A DNA stretch of 64,000 nt from Trichinella spiralis (GCF_000181795.1 NW_003526941.1:8668140-8732139); one strand, 5' to 3'; positions 12,087-27,818 are shown, counted from the first letter of the stretch. Translations and numbers: made by a program. Notes: generated from the sequence alone by a model not told the origin.

Positions 12087-15000
12087 AGACATATAACTGC
12101 CTAGGCATCGTCATCGATTTCCAGAAGTTCCAGAAGTGTGCAATTCTGGAAGTTGCACGTCAAATTGAAAGTAAAAATTATAAGACTGAAAAAGACTGCC
12201 CTAATTCAGTTTGATTCATGCGAAAAATTTCTTTATGATGGAGTTATTTTAAAATAGCTCCATTAAGAGTGACCATTTTGCATCAACTGGCTTCAACTAC
12301 CAAAAATAGATTATCTGAAAGTTGCTCGCGTGTTTTCAAAATACTGAAATAACTATAATAAAACAAAAAACATTGCCCGGCTTAAATGCTTGTCTGAATA
12401 AAATTCTTAAAGCCTTACTACTTGCACCTTTGAAAATGCAAACACTGAAGAATGATCAATAAATAAAGCGCAGCAAAACTGATTATGCAAGCATGAAAAG
12501 GTCAACCGAAATGTAAAAATTACTTGAATATATGATGAAAAACACATCCACCAACCTACACACACACACACACACATATATATATGCATTTTAAAAATAA
12601 CTTGCAACATATTGCATTGCAAAAGTTGTAAAAGTATTATCATGTTCCATTTAACACTGATAATATATTATTCTTTTCTTACTTAATCTTTATTCATAAA
12701 CATTTTACTGGAAATGAAATGACTCACCGGCAGCAATAGAAAAACTACTAATAAGTTATAAAATAAATCTGAAATTACAGATGCCAAAAGATTGCAATGT
12801 TTAAAATATGCTTAATACAACTACTACCTTAAAATAATAATAACAACAACAGCAATAAGAATAATAACAATAATGTGACTGAAAAATATCTAATTGAACA
12901 CAACAAAAGTTCAAATAATAAACTCATAAATATTTATTCTTTTAATTTATTCAATTACTGTCAATTTGTATTAACAAACAGATTGTTTTCTTCACAAATT
13001 TCGAATAATTCGAAAACCTATGAACCATTTTCATTATTGTAAAAGAGAGAAATTAATGACTGAAAGAAAATTGGCGTAAAATGGCGCACAAATGAAATAA
13101 TAATATTGACGTGTTGAAAGAGAAGATAAATTCATACATTTTGCTAGCAGTGTTGTTCTAATCGAGTGTAGCGGATTAAAGTATTCAAGCTTTGATGTTC
13201 TAATAATAGCACTTCTGCCGAGCATTAACCGTTGCAAAGCAAAGAGTAGAAATAAATGAATAAGATGTGTTTGTTTTACATTGAACATGGAAATAGTTTG
13301 AAACATCAGTTTCCAAAGTCTGAATGATCAATCACTACTACCACTACTACTATTACTGATCAATAAAAAAATTCCACATTAACAAAAAAAACCCTGATCT
13401 GATCCGAGGGATAGACTGACAGATATAGTGGACAATATCTGCTTAATGCTATAAAGGAAACAAACAATCTGAATTAGAAATGAATTAATGAACGAGATTG
13501 AAGTTCGCACTTTAAACTACTGCTTTGCCACGCTTCAGTGATACAATTGGTCATCTGAATTCAAGCCGAGCAAGTGTGAACTCTGTTCAATGTGGATGTA
13601 CTTGCTTGTTCGAACGCCGAATGGTAGGTAGCAACACATCTGCAATGGCCGTCATTTTTATAGAAAACTCTCAAAATTCCCTTCTTCAGTGCTGCTAGCT
13701 TTCCGCCTACTTGAAAATCTACTGTTAGCCGCGTTTCTTTAAGCACAGCAAAAGAAAAAAGAAACAAAGTTGCTTCTTCTTCTTCTTATTTTTCTTTTTC
13801 ATTCAGCTTTTTATTCTTGTTGTTGCTTTACTTTTCAATATTTATTAAATCCCTCGCTTTAGACGATATGAAACAATGATACGTCTATTATAATTGGCTT
13901 AAAATTCATTTATAAGCTGGAGACTTTTCTGAAAGCTTGGAATTCTGATAAACACTTCCAACAAGCAAGCAACGCACTGCAACAGCAAACCAGCTTGTAG
14001 CAAGCAGCAGATTATTATTGTCTGTTTATTTTTTACAAGTAACTATTTTTCTTGGACAAATTCTCCAAAGCTGCACTGCATATTCGGTAAGTTCAATTTT
14101 TCCCTTGTTGACTGTGCTGATAGATAGTATATCTGTTTTCATAATTCAACTCATGACAAAATAACACAACAACAGTTACTGCGGTTAAAGAATTTTAAAA
14201 ATGCCTCAATTTTTATTGTTTGAGCAATAAAATGCTTTAACAAGGTTGAACTGTTTTAAATTCACGAACAACCCTATTCCCCCAACGTAGGATGATAAAT
14301 TGTCCATGGATGGAATGAATATGTGAAGCATTGGAAATGAATTTCTTAATGTATTCAGTCATGATCACGATTCAGTATTTAAAACAACACCAACCACAAT
14401 TATTAACTGCATGTCAATTAAATGTAATATTAAAATTTAGCGAACGCTTCAAACAATCTATATGATGCACATGCAGTCTGCAGATGAAATGAAATAAAAT
14501 ATCCTTTGAATTGAATATTTGAAAACTTTATCAGTTGGAGTATTTTTGAAAATTGTACAACAACTATAACATATTATTCATTTTCTTCAGTTTTTTCAAC
14601 ACTACCATCAGTAAGTGCTCAGATTAAAAAATGTTAACTTTTTGAAATTGCAAAGTAAAATTCATAAAGCGGAGAGACAAATAAATAATAATAATAATAA
14701 TAATATGACAGTTCAATAGTAAAATATTGCACTTATTTCGGTTGAAGGCAAATAATAATTGAACAATTATATTCTGATTGGATAGCAGTCGGTGGCAGTG
14801 AAATTTTGATGAAACGTTTCAAATGCTAAATTTTGACCATAATTTCAAATCACTTTTTGAATGTAGCAATTTTTGAAGAAAGTTCATCAAATCGATCGAA
14901 CTCTAAACTAAGCTTGGTGATATAAGTACGTAAAGGCGGGAGGAAATAGCGTAAAGCAGCGGCGCATCGCGCAAGCGCACACGCACAGCTTGTTTTTGCG

Positions 15001-18000
15001 CGTAGTGCAAAAATTCGCAAATTTCATGCTGCACTGTGAATTGTCGGTTTTATTGGCAAAGAATTTCATTATTTTTTGTCATAATAATTTGACACATTGC
15101 AAAAAGTGACAAATTGAACATTTTGATTGGCAATCATCCCCATCTAAGAAAACCGACGGCGGCAAGCCTCTGGAGTTTGCAACAGCTCATCCTACGCTAA
15201 TGGTGGAATATTTGTCGTTTAAACCAAAAATATTACTGTTTGAATTCGTGTTCGTATTTTCAGCAATCAACTAACTCCGCTTCTTAAAGCTCGACACAAA
15301 TACTACCCTACCTACCACTGAACTGAAATAGCATTTTCTTAAAAATGTATATATATGCAATGGCGAATTCACTTTTGTTTTTTTCTTCAGCAAAATAACC
15401 GTTATCTCGTCCACTTAAAAATGCAATAAATATTTATTTTATGTCATGAAGGAGAAATAAAGCAACACGGTGAAGATTTATTTCAGTCATTGAAATTTAT
15501 TTATAAAATTGTTCTCCACTTCAAAGTGATCATTCCCCAGGCTAGGAAGTGATTAGCAACAGTAAATCTATAGCAATTATGTTTTCAGAATAGCAATCAT
15601 AATAAGTGTTTCTGGTAAATCACCAGCGAACCAGATACTAACCACTTTCATCGGTAGTTATGAATATGAATATGAAAATTGGTCGAGGGGAAAAAAATTC
15701 GATTTTAAAATTCTTCAAAACCGCATACCAACCAACCAACCACCTCTGAACCAATTGTGAAGAGTTTGCAGTTTGTGTGATTTAACTTTAAAAACAACCA
15801 ACATCAATAACCAAATATAGTTTGGATTGGCTGCAAAATTGCCCTTTTCTATTGAAAATTCAATTTTTTGTAACAAAATTTCAATAAACCGGCTCTAATT
15901 TTTAAGTAAATTTTCCTCCCTCTTAGCACAATTTTTCCAAGTCAATCGTCCAAAGTGGAAAAGCATTCATCAAACTTACCAACTAACCAACTGCAATAAT
16001 ATGCAATTTCCAATTTTAAATATGTAAGTTTTATTTTTTTTTAATTAATTATGTAATTAAATGAAAAATTACGTTCAGATATGTATTCTACATGTGCTTA
16101 ATTAATGTAAATTGTCACAAATTCCTTTTCCAATATTCTCCGCATGAAGGCATACTTTAGATCAGAGATGAAAAGGCTTTATGCCCTTTTATTTATATAC
16201 TTTGAAAATAGCAATTTTATCATCGAAAATCATGATCAAGATTTATCATGTTACTTTCAAAGCAATAATCAACACAACACAATCATCATAGATAGTATCA
16301 GAAATTTACACTTCTCTAGGACATATGCTAGGGGAATATTCTCTTCCTGAATTCAGTCCACAGGCGGCATGTCATTTCAAAACCGAATGAATGCGCTCAA
16401 TCACTGAGAATGCAACTAAATATGCAAGCAGTGAAATGCGATAATCAAACCAAGATCTTCTTGTCCAAATCTTGATGATAGACAGACAATCTTGCCTTGC
16501 CCAAATGTTGCCGTTCAACAACAGAAAGCATAAAGGTCATATTCAATTACTAATTAAATTCTTTCTGCATTTATCATGCATTCGGTAAAAAGTATTATCA
16601 AGTATGCCAATAATTTTCTGTTTGAAAGTGTCGGCACACGTGGATCCAAACACGGCAACAACCGCGTGGATTTTAATTTATGAATTTCAAAATCTTTTAA
16701 ACTGAACATTTCTTCAATTCCCGTCTCATCGTTATTTGATGAATTTCTCCTGTTTAATAATCGTATGTTATAAATTTATCAAAAAGCACATACTTTACAT
16801 CGAAGACATTTGTCGCAATTAATTTCAATCATTCATTAATTTGAAAGTAATCAAAACATTGAAAAATATGAATCCAATTTACTAATTGCATGTAATCACC
16901 AAAATTCCTATTATCAATAACACATTTTGAAATGTGCCCTGCATGTATATGTATGCTTTGTAATAAATCGATTTTATTTTCATCCAAAATACGAAAGAAA
17001 CATATACTTTGCCCACCACCAGGAACAACTATCTGTCTCCTACTACGCATGCATGTGCATGTATGCAAACAGAAAAATCCGAAGATACTCATTAATTCTA
17101 CTAAGCTTCCTAGAGGCAAAAAATTTAGCCTCTGATACTGACAAACTATATTGCGAGGATTAATTTTTGGGTGTTTTTTTTAAATATCAGTTTATAAAGT
17201 TTTTTTAAGCCCCAGGATATTGAAAAATATTGTGGTAAGCACGAATGATGGACACGAAATTGATGAAGCTTAAAATTAACGAAAAAAAATTCATTCACTT
17301 GTCACGATTTGATTAGTTGATAAAAATGATTGAAAGAGGTAAAATGTTAAGTTGCACCTAGGAGAGTTCCTCAATTCAGATTTTTAGGGATAAAAAAAAA
17401 AGGAAAAGATATTTTTTTCTGTATAACTTCAGTAAATGAGAGAGTGCTGTGTAGCATTTTGGTTTTCTCCCTTGCGGCTGTGCTGCGGAAATTAAGTTGA
17501 TATACCGTTGCTCAAATATTGGATTGATTTGTCATTCTGGCGAAAAGCCGTCGCGCAATCACGTCCAAATCAATGACCAAATTGTTGAAGCTTCAGGTTC
17601 CCTTGGCATCATCTGAAGATGTGTCAAATGCATAATAGAAATCTTCCAAGACAAAACAATTTATCTATCCATCTGTACGCAGATACGTTTGCAGTAAGTA
17701 AATATCGATATATATTCTTTGTTCACAGCAAATATTAAAAAATAAGGCTAAAATTATGGTATTTTTCTAAACTTCTTTGTTGACTTTTGCAAAACAGTTT
17801 TTTCTAATGCAAAAAATTCATTTTAAAACATCAGTCGGTATCGTTTTGATGATAAAAAAGCACTAAAAATGAAAACAGTTTTTTTCAATTTTTTCTGTTC
17901 CATTAGCGGTGATATATGTTTATGGAAAATCAATGAAGCAAGAATACTACCTCTCTCTCTCTCTCTGGGTGTGTGTGTGTGCAGTCTGGTCAGATTGCTT

Positions 18001-21000
18001 TCATTTCACTTGATTTTCAATTTTGTTAGATGTAATTTATAAATTTTGTATTTTCAATTTTTATTTCCATTTTTACAAATAAGATTATTTAATGTTTGCT
18101 ATTGACACATTAATGATTGAATCGAATTCCGAAATTATTTATTCTTGCATTGCAATCATTGAAGCGTAACGGATACGATGGCAGGTCGTCAAGATCATTG
18201 GATTTTAGAAGAAAACCGAACCACTTCACAATATTACTCTTTTATATATATTGCTGAAATTTAGGTGCAAAGTGCCGTAATTGAATTACATACAAAAGTA
18301 ATTTTGTTATTTTCTCATTCACGACGTGGAAAAAATTTCCATCTCAAGTGCAACTGAAAAGCTCAATAATACTTCCATTTTCTTCCATCTTTTATTTTTA
18401 ATAAATAAATATTATTAACAAATGCTTCATAATCTTTGGCAAATGTTCATATCATCATCACTTGGTCACCTAGACAAACAGATGGGTACATGTGCAAACA
18501 AGTAACATACAGTAGAAGAGAAATTAATGATGAAATACCAAATACACTACTATTAGACTGCCCTGTTCTTCTTATATAACACCCGTTACTACGGACTAAT
18601 CAAATTGCATAGTAAATGAGACTTACAGAATAGAACTGGCTAACTGGATCGATGTCATCGTCCTGTTCATGTTTTGAAATTTTTCTTCAAACTCACCCCT
18701 TAATTCATTTTGTCAATATGATGATATCTGAGCTTCGATCGAGTTAAAATCGGTTTCGCCCATACAAATTCTATTGCCTCCTATTCTATGAGCAAAGTAG
18801 GTCCTTACAAAAAGCTTTTCTTATTTGCATTTTGCAGAGAAACCAATTTCACAGTGAATGGTGAGTAAAATTTCGAATAATAAATTTGCATTGAAATTCG
18901 AACAATTTCTCACTTATACACTACAACATTAAAAAAAAAAGTACACCCACATACAATAATGATGATTAAATGATACTGAACTTAGTTGGTGAAACTAACT
19001 GTCCAAAATAACACCGTTCCATTAAGAAACAAATCAAGCAATTAACTTATTAAATGCTACAAGAAGAGAGATGCAAGTGCTACTTGGGACAACATGCCTT
19101 CAGCTTTTGCACATGATGCTCATTCACGGTACGCACATATTAAATTAAGCAACAGCACATTTACGCCAACATGCTCCACAAATCAACAACATTAACAAAA
19201 TTTAATGAATAACTGAATACATGTGAATAATTAATTTCTTTGCATTCTTATTCAAGCCGTTATAATTAACATTGGCGAACGCGAATATACGGGACACGAA
19301 TGGTCAGTCAAATCAGTCTCATTGCTAAATTGTACAACTGAAAGTGTAATTTTCAAATAAATAAACAAACAACTGCAAATGTAGGGGGAAGAAATGCTTA
19401 ATTTGCATAAAATTTCAGTTTTCACTTTTATTTTCGAGAGAGAGAGAGAAAGAAAGAAGAAGGAAGAAAAAAACTATAAATAAAAGTTTAAAATCATCAT
19501 GCTCAAGTGAAACAGAATAATGAATCTGTTTCAATGGCCTCTTGGGTATAAAACAAGCATGTAGTAACCTTAACTTCAAATCGACATTACACTTTATGTG
19601 CCAAGAATAAGATGTGTTTTACAATGAATATAAATAAATGAAATAATTGAATGCTACAAAAATATCACTGTTTCTTGTTTTGCTTTGGAATTTTTTTTCA
19701 AAAAATTCACTACAATGAACCTATTTGAATATTTATTTTTAAATGAAATATATTTGTGTATAATCTTACTTGTTGCCATTTTTGGTTAGAATAGAGAGAG
19801 AGAGAAAAAGACAGACAGACAGACAGAGAGGGATAAGGGAGAGATGTTTCGATTTTCATCAAATTCGCTTTTGATCAAGAGTTGCAATTGAAAAATAGTG
19901 CCGCCCAAAATGAAACTATCGTCACAATAAAATAATTCAATCTAGTCGAAGAAGTGGAAGAAGATGCGTTTTTAACGTTTGTCATTTTAATTTTCAACAA
20001 CTTCAAAAGTGGAATTTTGAAAAGGAAAGCAACAAATTTCTTCCAAATTGACTTCATTTCACCACTTTATTTAACAACATTGCGCGTTTGAAAAATTCCA
20101 AACATGTTGACAAGTGGAAAAGCTATTCATTGAATAATGATGTCGGTTATGTTGAAATTTTCGATGGCAAATTTTTTGCACTTTACACGGGCGAAATTGC
20201 TATTTTCGTCGTCGTCCCCCTCGATGAAAACGGACCTCTCTCAGAACAACAATCACTAACAACCGAAGCAATCACACACAATTGCTTATTCACAAAAGTA
20301 GAATAAATAATGCAAGCGTGAATTAATTTTTTTTTGTTTGCAAATTATTATATTCATCTCTTTCAAGCTTCATTCCAATGAATATTATTAATTAAAAAAG
20401 AAGAGACAGAGAGAGAGGAGAGAGAGAGAGAATATTCAAGTACAGTTGAGAAAGTTTTGTTTCTTTTCCAAACAAATCCAATCAACGCCTGCTTAAGGCA
20501 TTGTCAATCAAAAATATCGACTCCAAAGATATACGATTTCTTTTTTCTTGTGACTCAGTCTCTCATTCAAAATGATTCATCATCATCATCATCACCATTA
20601 TCTTTGTTTTTTTTTCTTCGTAAAATCGTTGTGAATACAACTGTTACCAGTCGAGCTTGGTGATGAATTAACTGAAGATTTAAATATTTAAATAAACTTG
20701 TGTTTGTAGTAATTTGGTAACTTTTGAGCAATGAGATGAACAAACAAATCGAATTCACAAATTGCCAGTTCAACTAATACAGCCACGTGACAATTGTATC
20801 GTTCGTTGAGCTTCTGTTTGCTCAGTAATAAGCATTCGTACAAAAGAGCTGGGTTGAGAAATTATCATTTTCCAAGGCAAACACACCAACATTTGTAAAT
20901 AATTCAACTTATCAGTAGTTGGACAAAAATTAATATAATAAAAAATGTCCATAACTGAAACTGTGCACTGGTGATCAAGGATGGGATTTTGTTTTGAAAA

Positions 21001-23217
21001 ATCCAATTCTTAAACATGTGCAATTCTATTATTGTCTTCTTATCAAATTGATGCAAATAAATAAACAAACACGCGCACACGTATTGAAATATGAAAGCAC
21101 AGGAGGCGTCAATTTTGTTTCCAATTGGATATTCTCATTCAGCTTTCACCATAGACGACGACAACACAAGCAAGCCTGCGAGCAGCCGAACAAGCCAGCA
21201 AGCGAGCAGCTGAGAAAATAACATAAATAGACTTGTTTTATTTAGTTCAAATGCGCAGCCATGGCATGTGCTGTCCATTTATAAAATCCAAATCATCTTG
21301 AACGATGATGACAGATTGGCTTCTTGCTAGTTGCTAACGTCCAGTAAGCTTGGTTGCAGCCGAGTGGCAGCATATTTACGTTCACAAATTTATATCGCTT
21401 TGTCAATTTCCAGTGTCGCTTGCCCACCGATTCTGTTCAATTATTAATGTACAACAAACTTCCGCGCAGTGGTGGTTCATTTTCTTTGCTCTTCTTGGCA
21501 GTTTTCTCTTTTCTGTCCTCTTCCCTTTATTCCATTGTTTTCTTCGTTAGCAAGATTTTCACAGATTCATTCATTTATTACCTCGTTCACGAATTTACTG
21601 GATCATAAATCCGACGTCAAACTGGTGTGGCAAATGATAATTGATTACATGGGACGGACAGAATGGTGCGTGCGCATTGCATTGCAATGCGAAGTGAATC
21701 GTCAGTTCACTTGCCATCGGGTCCTTCCACTTTATAATTTGCCTTCTTTCTTTCTTTGAAGCCACAAATTTTATTCAACAATGCTTGAACCACCCCCTCC
21801 CCCCAAACTGTCACATTTTGTCATTTTTGATTAAAATATACAGTAATTCGTATTTCAGGTGACCAACACACAGAGAAAAAGAGAAAGAGAAAAAAATACT
21901 GTTGTCTTAATTATCATTTTCAACTTCATCTTCCGACTCGACCAACTGAACGTCTGATTTTTTCCTACTCATTCAACTGTAAGTATAATGTTTCTTGGTG
22001 ATTTCAATTCCTCTTTTTCTTCATTGTAAAATGAAATACAGCAAAATTGTACTTTAGTGAATGGAGTTTTCAATCAATTTAAACAAAACAAACAACCGAA
22101 ATAATTCAATCTTATGCAAAAAATTATAATATAAATTAACGTATAATTTTAAAAATTAAAATAATTAAATAATCTCTTCCTTTTGTACAACATTCTTCTG
22201 GGACATTTTGATGCTTTTTGTTCCCCGAATGGTCCGTTGAGTATACTGAGCAGTTTCCAAAAACCCAAAAGTAAATTTAAAACAAGAAAAAAACGCAGCA
22301 TTTGCAGTTGATGAGCTGGAAAATTTAGCTGATTTGAATCAATTCTTTTTTTTCAATAATAAATACGTGAGAAGCTACACAGCACGAAAAAAAACAGTCT
22401 GGAACCTCTTGTCAACTTTTATGCTTATCATCAGGAAGTGATGCAGACGAAATGAGTGTCTATTGAAGTTGTAATTAAGCGAAAATTCACAAAACAATAC
22501 TAGTTAATTGGTGATTCATTATTGACATGTTTTCAATCAAAGAGAGAAAAAAATCTGAGTTGCACAACTTTATATTTATATATATGCGCAAGAATGTGCA
22601 TGTGTGTGTATGATGAGCAATTATTTGCGATGATCTTATTCGTAATAAACGTGTGTTCAATTTCGTCAAAATATACAATGCTATTCCATCTTGGTGTATA
22701 ATTTACACTTCTTGCAGAATCTTTATTTAACAATACAACACTGTACAAAGAAAGAGAAGAACATATAATAATAATAATAACAATAATAATAGCCACTATA
22801 AATCCCGACAGATAAAACATTACCAACCATAGGATAATAATATATAATCTCACTCGTCAATTACAAGAACAAAAGCCCAATAATGCGTTAAATCTACTTA
22901 GCAGAAAAAAGCTTTAATTGAGCCTTATTTTTTAAACTTATAACTTATCTAATTAACTGTGAACAAAAAAATGAACCTAAAATGAACTTGTAATCGAAGG
23001 TCGATGAAAAAATGAGCGAAAATTAAGAAATTCAATTTTGCCAAACATCGTTGATGCTTTTCGAAAAAGAGAAAATGAGTAATTTGAATAAAAATTCAAC
23101 AAATAAAAAAAACAGAATCCCCATCAATTTTTCACTACTCATGTTATAAGTATTTTTCAACTGAGAACTGTGCAAATGAACGAACCAGTGTAAGAGTGAG
23201 CAGTCAGTGTTGCACGT

Positions 23218-23273
23218 CTCCTCCTCCTCATCCTCTTCTTCTTCTTCTTCCTCCTCCTCCTCCTCCTCCTCCT
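23218..23273. repeat. Compound (CCT)n/(CTT)n polypyrimidine tract
   Basis: Read directly from the sequence. Confidence 0.85.
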
Positions 23274-24015
23274 GCTCATATATAGTATAGTTAGGTCATA
23301 AAAATCGAACGTGAAAGCAATAAATTAAATTCAACTTATTGTGTCTAATTCGAATGCACTTGTCGCTCGGTTTATTAATTGCATTATGCGACTTTTATCT
23401 TATTTTCTTTCTGCATAAAAAAAACAATACCGACAAATCTTTACACATTGGATATATCCATGTATATCTTTTTTTTCATATGTATAAATGAAAAAAGAAA
23501 TAATAAGCACAAGCAGGGTAAGTTTAAAGTGTTTTCTGTTGTTGATCTGGATAATTGGAACAAAGTATTTTTTAAATAAAAGCTTCGATTCACAACTGCG
23601 TCAATTGGAGATTAATTCTCAGGTGCGCAGAATAAATAAATTTTAAAAACTTCGACAACACTAGCAACAGCAGCAACAACAGCAACAGCAACAGCAGCAG
23701 CAGCAGCAGCAGAAGTACTGACGACGACGTTTTGCTTGTTTTATATTTTAAATTATTCATTCTAATTCGTCAGAAGATAGACACAAATTGAACATAACTG
23801 ATAAGTGCATTTAACTTTTATCATTAAGTAATTTATTTGTTTCGAACATGAAATGATTTTCACTAACAATATAGTAGTTTCAGAGGAAAATCAATTTTCA
23901 AATGTCCCCCCACCCCACCATCATAATCAGTGAAACTTTAAAATCAGTCCAACATTGAAAATTGCCAAATTTCAAAGCCAACCAAAGCTTATACGCATGC
24001 ATGTGTGTGTACACA

Positions 24016-24044
24016 ACACACACACACACACACACACACACACA
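24016..24044. repeat. (AC)14 microsatellite
   Basis: Read directly from the sequence. Confidence 0.9.
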
Positions 24045-27000
24045 TCTCCGTCTATATTTACATCTGAGTAAGTCATGAAATATTATGCTATTGACATATA
24101 TATGAGTATGTTTGTTCCGCAAACATTATGTCAATACGTAAGTATATATATATATATATATACAGTAAGTATAACCAGGTTGTAAAATTGCCGCGGACGG
24201 GACAGAAAAGTTTTTCTCTCAGATGCTTTTCCGCTTTACGCTTTACGTCATCCTCAATGACAATAACAATAACTCATTCCTAGTTTTTTTTTCCGAATAT
24301 AAAGAATAAAAATTTCAAAAAAATGGAATGAAAAATTGGTTTTCTCAATAGATGGGTAGAAAAAGTACGAAATTCCAAACTGATCAGATTAAGCGGTTAC
24401 TTTGTGCAATCGGAGATGACTTGCATGCAAAAACATCATTCTGCTTACCGACTTGATTGGGCAAAAGTGTGGGATGATTGATGCGTGAAGTGCTCGGTGA
24501 ATGGTCCAGAGTTTCTCGTCCATCTGTCCGTCCACATCTCTTGCGATGAAGTAGAAAAACTCTTTTTTTTTCTCTTTCTCTCTTTTTCAATTCTTGCACA
24601 AAGCACACACAGCCAAGCCGTCATGATAATATCATCAGAATGACAACGACAGGCACCATCAGCACAATGGATCTGTCTGAAAAATAAAAGTCACAAAAAA
24701 GGGATAAAATATCTTCAAAATTTCTTTATTTTTTCAAATATTCATTTATCATACACATTTTCCTTATCAAACGGTTTAATGTTGTTGAGTTTTGCATAAA
24801 AATTATCCCATTGCACGCATGTGATAAATTGGTGGCGCTTGAAAATCAGCTCAATTATTTTTCAGGTAATAAAAAGAAAAGATTTCAAGACGAACAATAA
24901 AATAATATTTTAGTATAGACTATAAAGTTTGGAGAATTGTACAGCAAATAGTGGAAATTTCTCGCGCCAATTAATTGCCTACTACCAGTGGAACAGAGTT
25001 GTGTCATCATCGAATGAGATGACCGAGTGAGTGTTGATGGAATAAAATAAAATGAAATTGTTGAAATAGAAAAAAATAGTTAATTGTGTCAATGTCATTG
25101 TTATGTTTCACAGTTTTCAATTAAGAAAATAATGACCAAATTATTTCCATACTTTAAAAGGTTCGTTATAGGCTTCGGATGATTCAATAGGGGGTCTGAA
25201 CATCAATATGCACATATATATATATACATATATATGCAATTCTCTTTCGCACGCACGCTGATCAAAATTTATTACTTCTAACACTAGATAGACTACCTTT
25301 ATGCGCTTGATAATGAAACAAAAGTGACCAAGTTCTTCATTTGATATGGACTTTTTCAATCGATTGTGCACGAAGAAAAGCAGAGCGATGTTCAAGTTTC
25401 ACTGCCTGTTCTACTCCAACCATTGTTGTGCATGATGCATAGTTGAAAGTAAAAAGTAAGAACTTTTTTCATCACTTCCCTCCTCCTTCTTCAGTGTGCA
25501 TTATTAATTCTATATTCTTCGGTTAATTCAATTTTAACCGTCATTGTAAGTGAAGAATAAAAAAAGAAAGAAAGAATCAAAATAATAATAATAGTAATAA
25601 GTAACATCTTGCTCTCTGTTTGTCCGTCCGTTGGGCCAAAAATAATTTCATGCTTGGATGATTTGCCGGCGTATGCTTTTTAAAATAGTCACTGATTGAT
25701 GTAGAAAATCAATTTTTCTATTTCTGCTTTTTTTCATTTAATAATCGCCTGACATGGCTTGTGGTTTCATCTTCATTTGTTACTTTTAAAAATAACAAAC
25801 TGCACAATATATACCCGAGAGAAAAGTCAAGAAAATGGAAAAAACAATATTTCTCCTTCAAATCTCAACAAATGTGGATGTTTCTTTTTCTCCTTTTAAG
25901 ATAATTATTTGATATTTCAAATTCTTCATTATATATATATATATATGCGCGTAAGTTTCACTTAACAAGTGTTGATGTCGATTCAACATTGTGTGCACAG
26001 TATAGACGTGGGTGTGGGTGGGTGCATGCATGCATGTGTGCAGGTCGTAGAAGTAGTAGTAATAATATCGTTGGCTTGTAAAATGAATTATTACATAACG
26101 CGTATGTGTGTGCGTGCATCTGTGTCATTCAGAGAAGGGATATTTTCATATTTTCAAATATAGCAAAGGAAACAGTTTGAATCAGAAAAATTTTTTGATC
26201 AGATTATAGTTAGCAGTAAATAAATAACAAAGAGAAGAAGAGAACATGACTAAAATGTGCCTGCCTGCCTTGTTCAAGCAACAAGTATAGAATCAGTTTG
26301 TAACTTTATCAATGAAAGTCATCAATTTTGAGGAAAATATAAAGTTCTTTCCCATAATCAAATTAGTCATTTGATGACTAATTTCCTGAGTCAGCTGCTT
26401 TAAAAAAATGTTTTTCACTCTGATTCTGTTTTGTTCAGTTTCAGTGCTTGCTAATTGAACAAACATTATTTAACAAAATAAGCACGAAAATAAATAATTT
26501 TTGAATAATGTAATATTTTTGTAAAATTGCTTGTCCAATAAATTGATGATGACCATTTTCGCAGATGTTCAGTGGATAAAAGTCACCAAGTTATTTTCTC
26601 GTTATATATATATACATATTGTAAATGCAACAGCAATTATGTGATGATTGAATACATTGATTGGAAGAAAATTGAAGCACAGTTTAGCAAAAATAAGTAG
26701 CCACTTGTTCAAATCACCGTTGTTTAAACGCAGGCAATTAAATTTGTGCACGACAAGAACGAAGAGGAATGAGGAAAATGTTTCCCAAGCTTACACATGT
26801 TTATGTTTTTTCAATAGTGAACATTTTTAAAAAAGTGAAAGAATTTTTTCCAATCTTTTTTTAGTTAGATCCAAGGGAATGATAAATGAATAAAGAAATA
26901 GGAATAAAAAAAATAAACACAACGAGAAAAGAAGTTATTGTTCTGCTAAAAGGGAGAGAGAGAGAGAGAAACAGTGCTTGTTGTGTATAAATCAGTCGCT

Positions 27001-27818
27001 TTGATCCATCCAGTTCACAGTTGTCACCAGGAAACAAGAAATCAACATCTTGGGTGAGCATTTTAATAAAAATGAAGTAGAATTAGTTGTCAGCGGAATG
27101 AATGAATCATCATCATTTTTGTTCAAAAGAAGAAACAATCATGATTCGTGTCATTTTTCATTTGCTGAGAAAAGTTATAAAGCTGAAAGGAGGAAATTAG
27201 CTGAAGAATAGTAGTGTAAAAGGTGAATATCGAAAATTGCTACACGAACTAGAGAAACGTGTGTACAGTGTGAAGTGACGACGAATGGACATTTCTGTAT
27301 ATGTTCAGAAAACAGTGGAATCAATCTGGTTGGATTTTTCATAATTCGATCGCAAGCCATGTGAAGAACAAAATGGTCGGATATAATTCGACGCAAGTCG
27401 GCAATATCAAACTGTCCCAGTGGATTCGAATCATCTAATAAATCTTTATTATCTTTCCTGCTGGACAGCAGGCGTTTTGAGATTGTTCGTGCACAAAGAA
27501 TGACGAACAAACGAACAGTGATCAGTGGAACACTTAGTCAAGAAGGAGGAGGAGAAGAAAAAGAAGAAGAAGAAGAAGCAATTTGTTGCTGAATAAAAAT
27601 TTTATCCATTTTTCATATTCATTTCGAAAGGAGAAAAACTGACCATTGACTGACTGACCGAATTTGACAAAGCACAAAAAATTTTCTACCATCACGCGTA
27701 ACCAGGAAAAGATAGGATCACGCACTCAACACACTCGCGATGATGTTACTTTAAATATGCCGATGATTATTTTCATAAATACAAAAATAAACTCCAACTT
27801 TTCAGACACGAAAATTAC

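Noticed and set aside
15605..15640. Minus-strand ATTTACCAGA resembling a spliced-leader core
   Set aside because: No AG|GT leader donor or Sm site follows; it is just a short palindrome.
17517..17582. Hairpin with an inner AAAA loop resembling a SECIS element
   Set aside because: No AUGA/GA quartet at the correct spacing, and no adjacent UGA-containing selenoprotein ORF.
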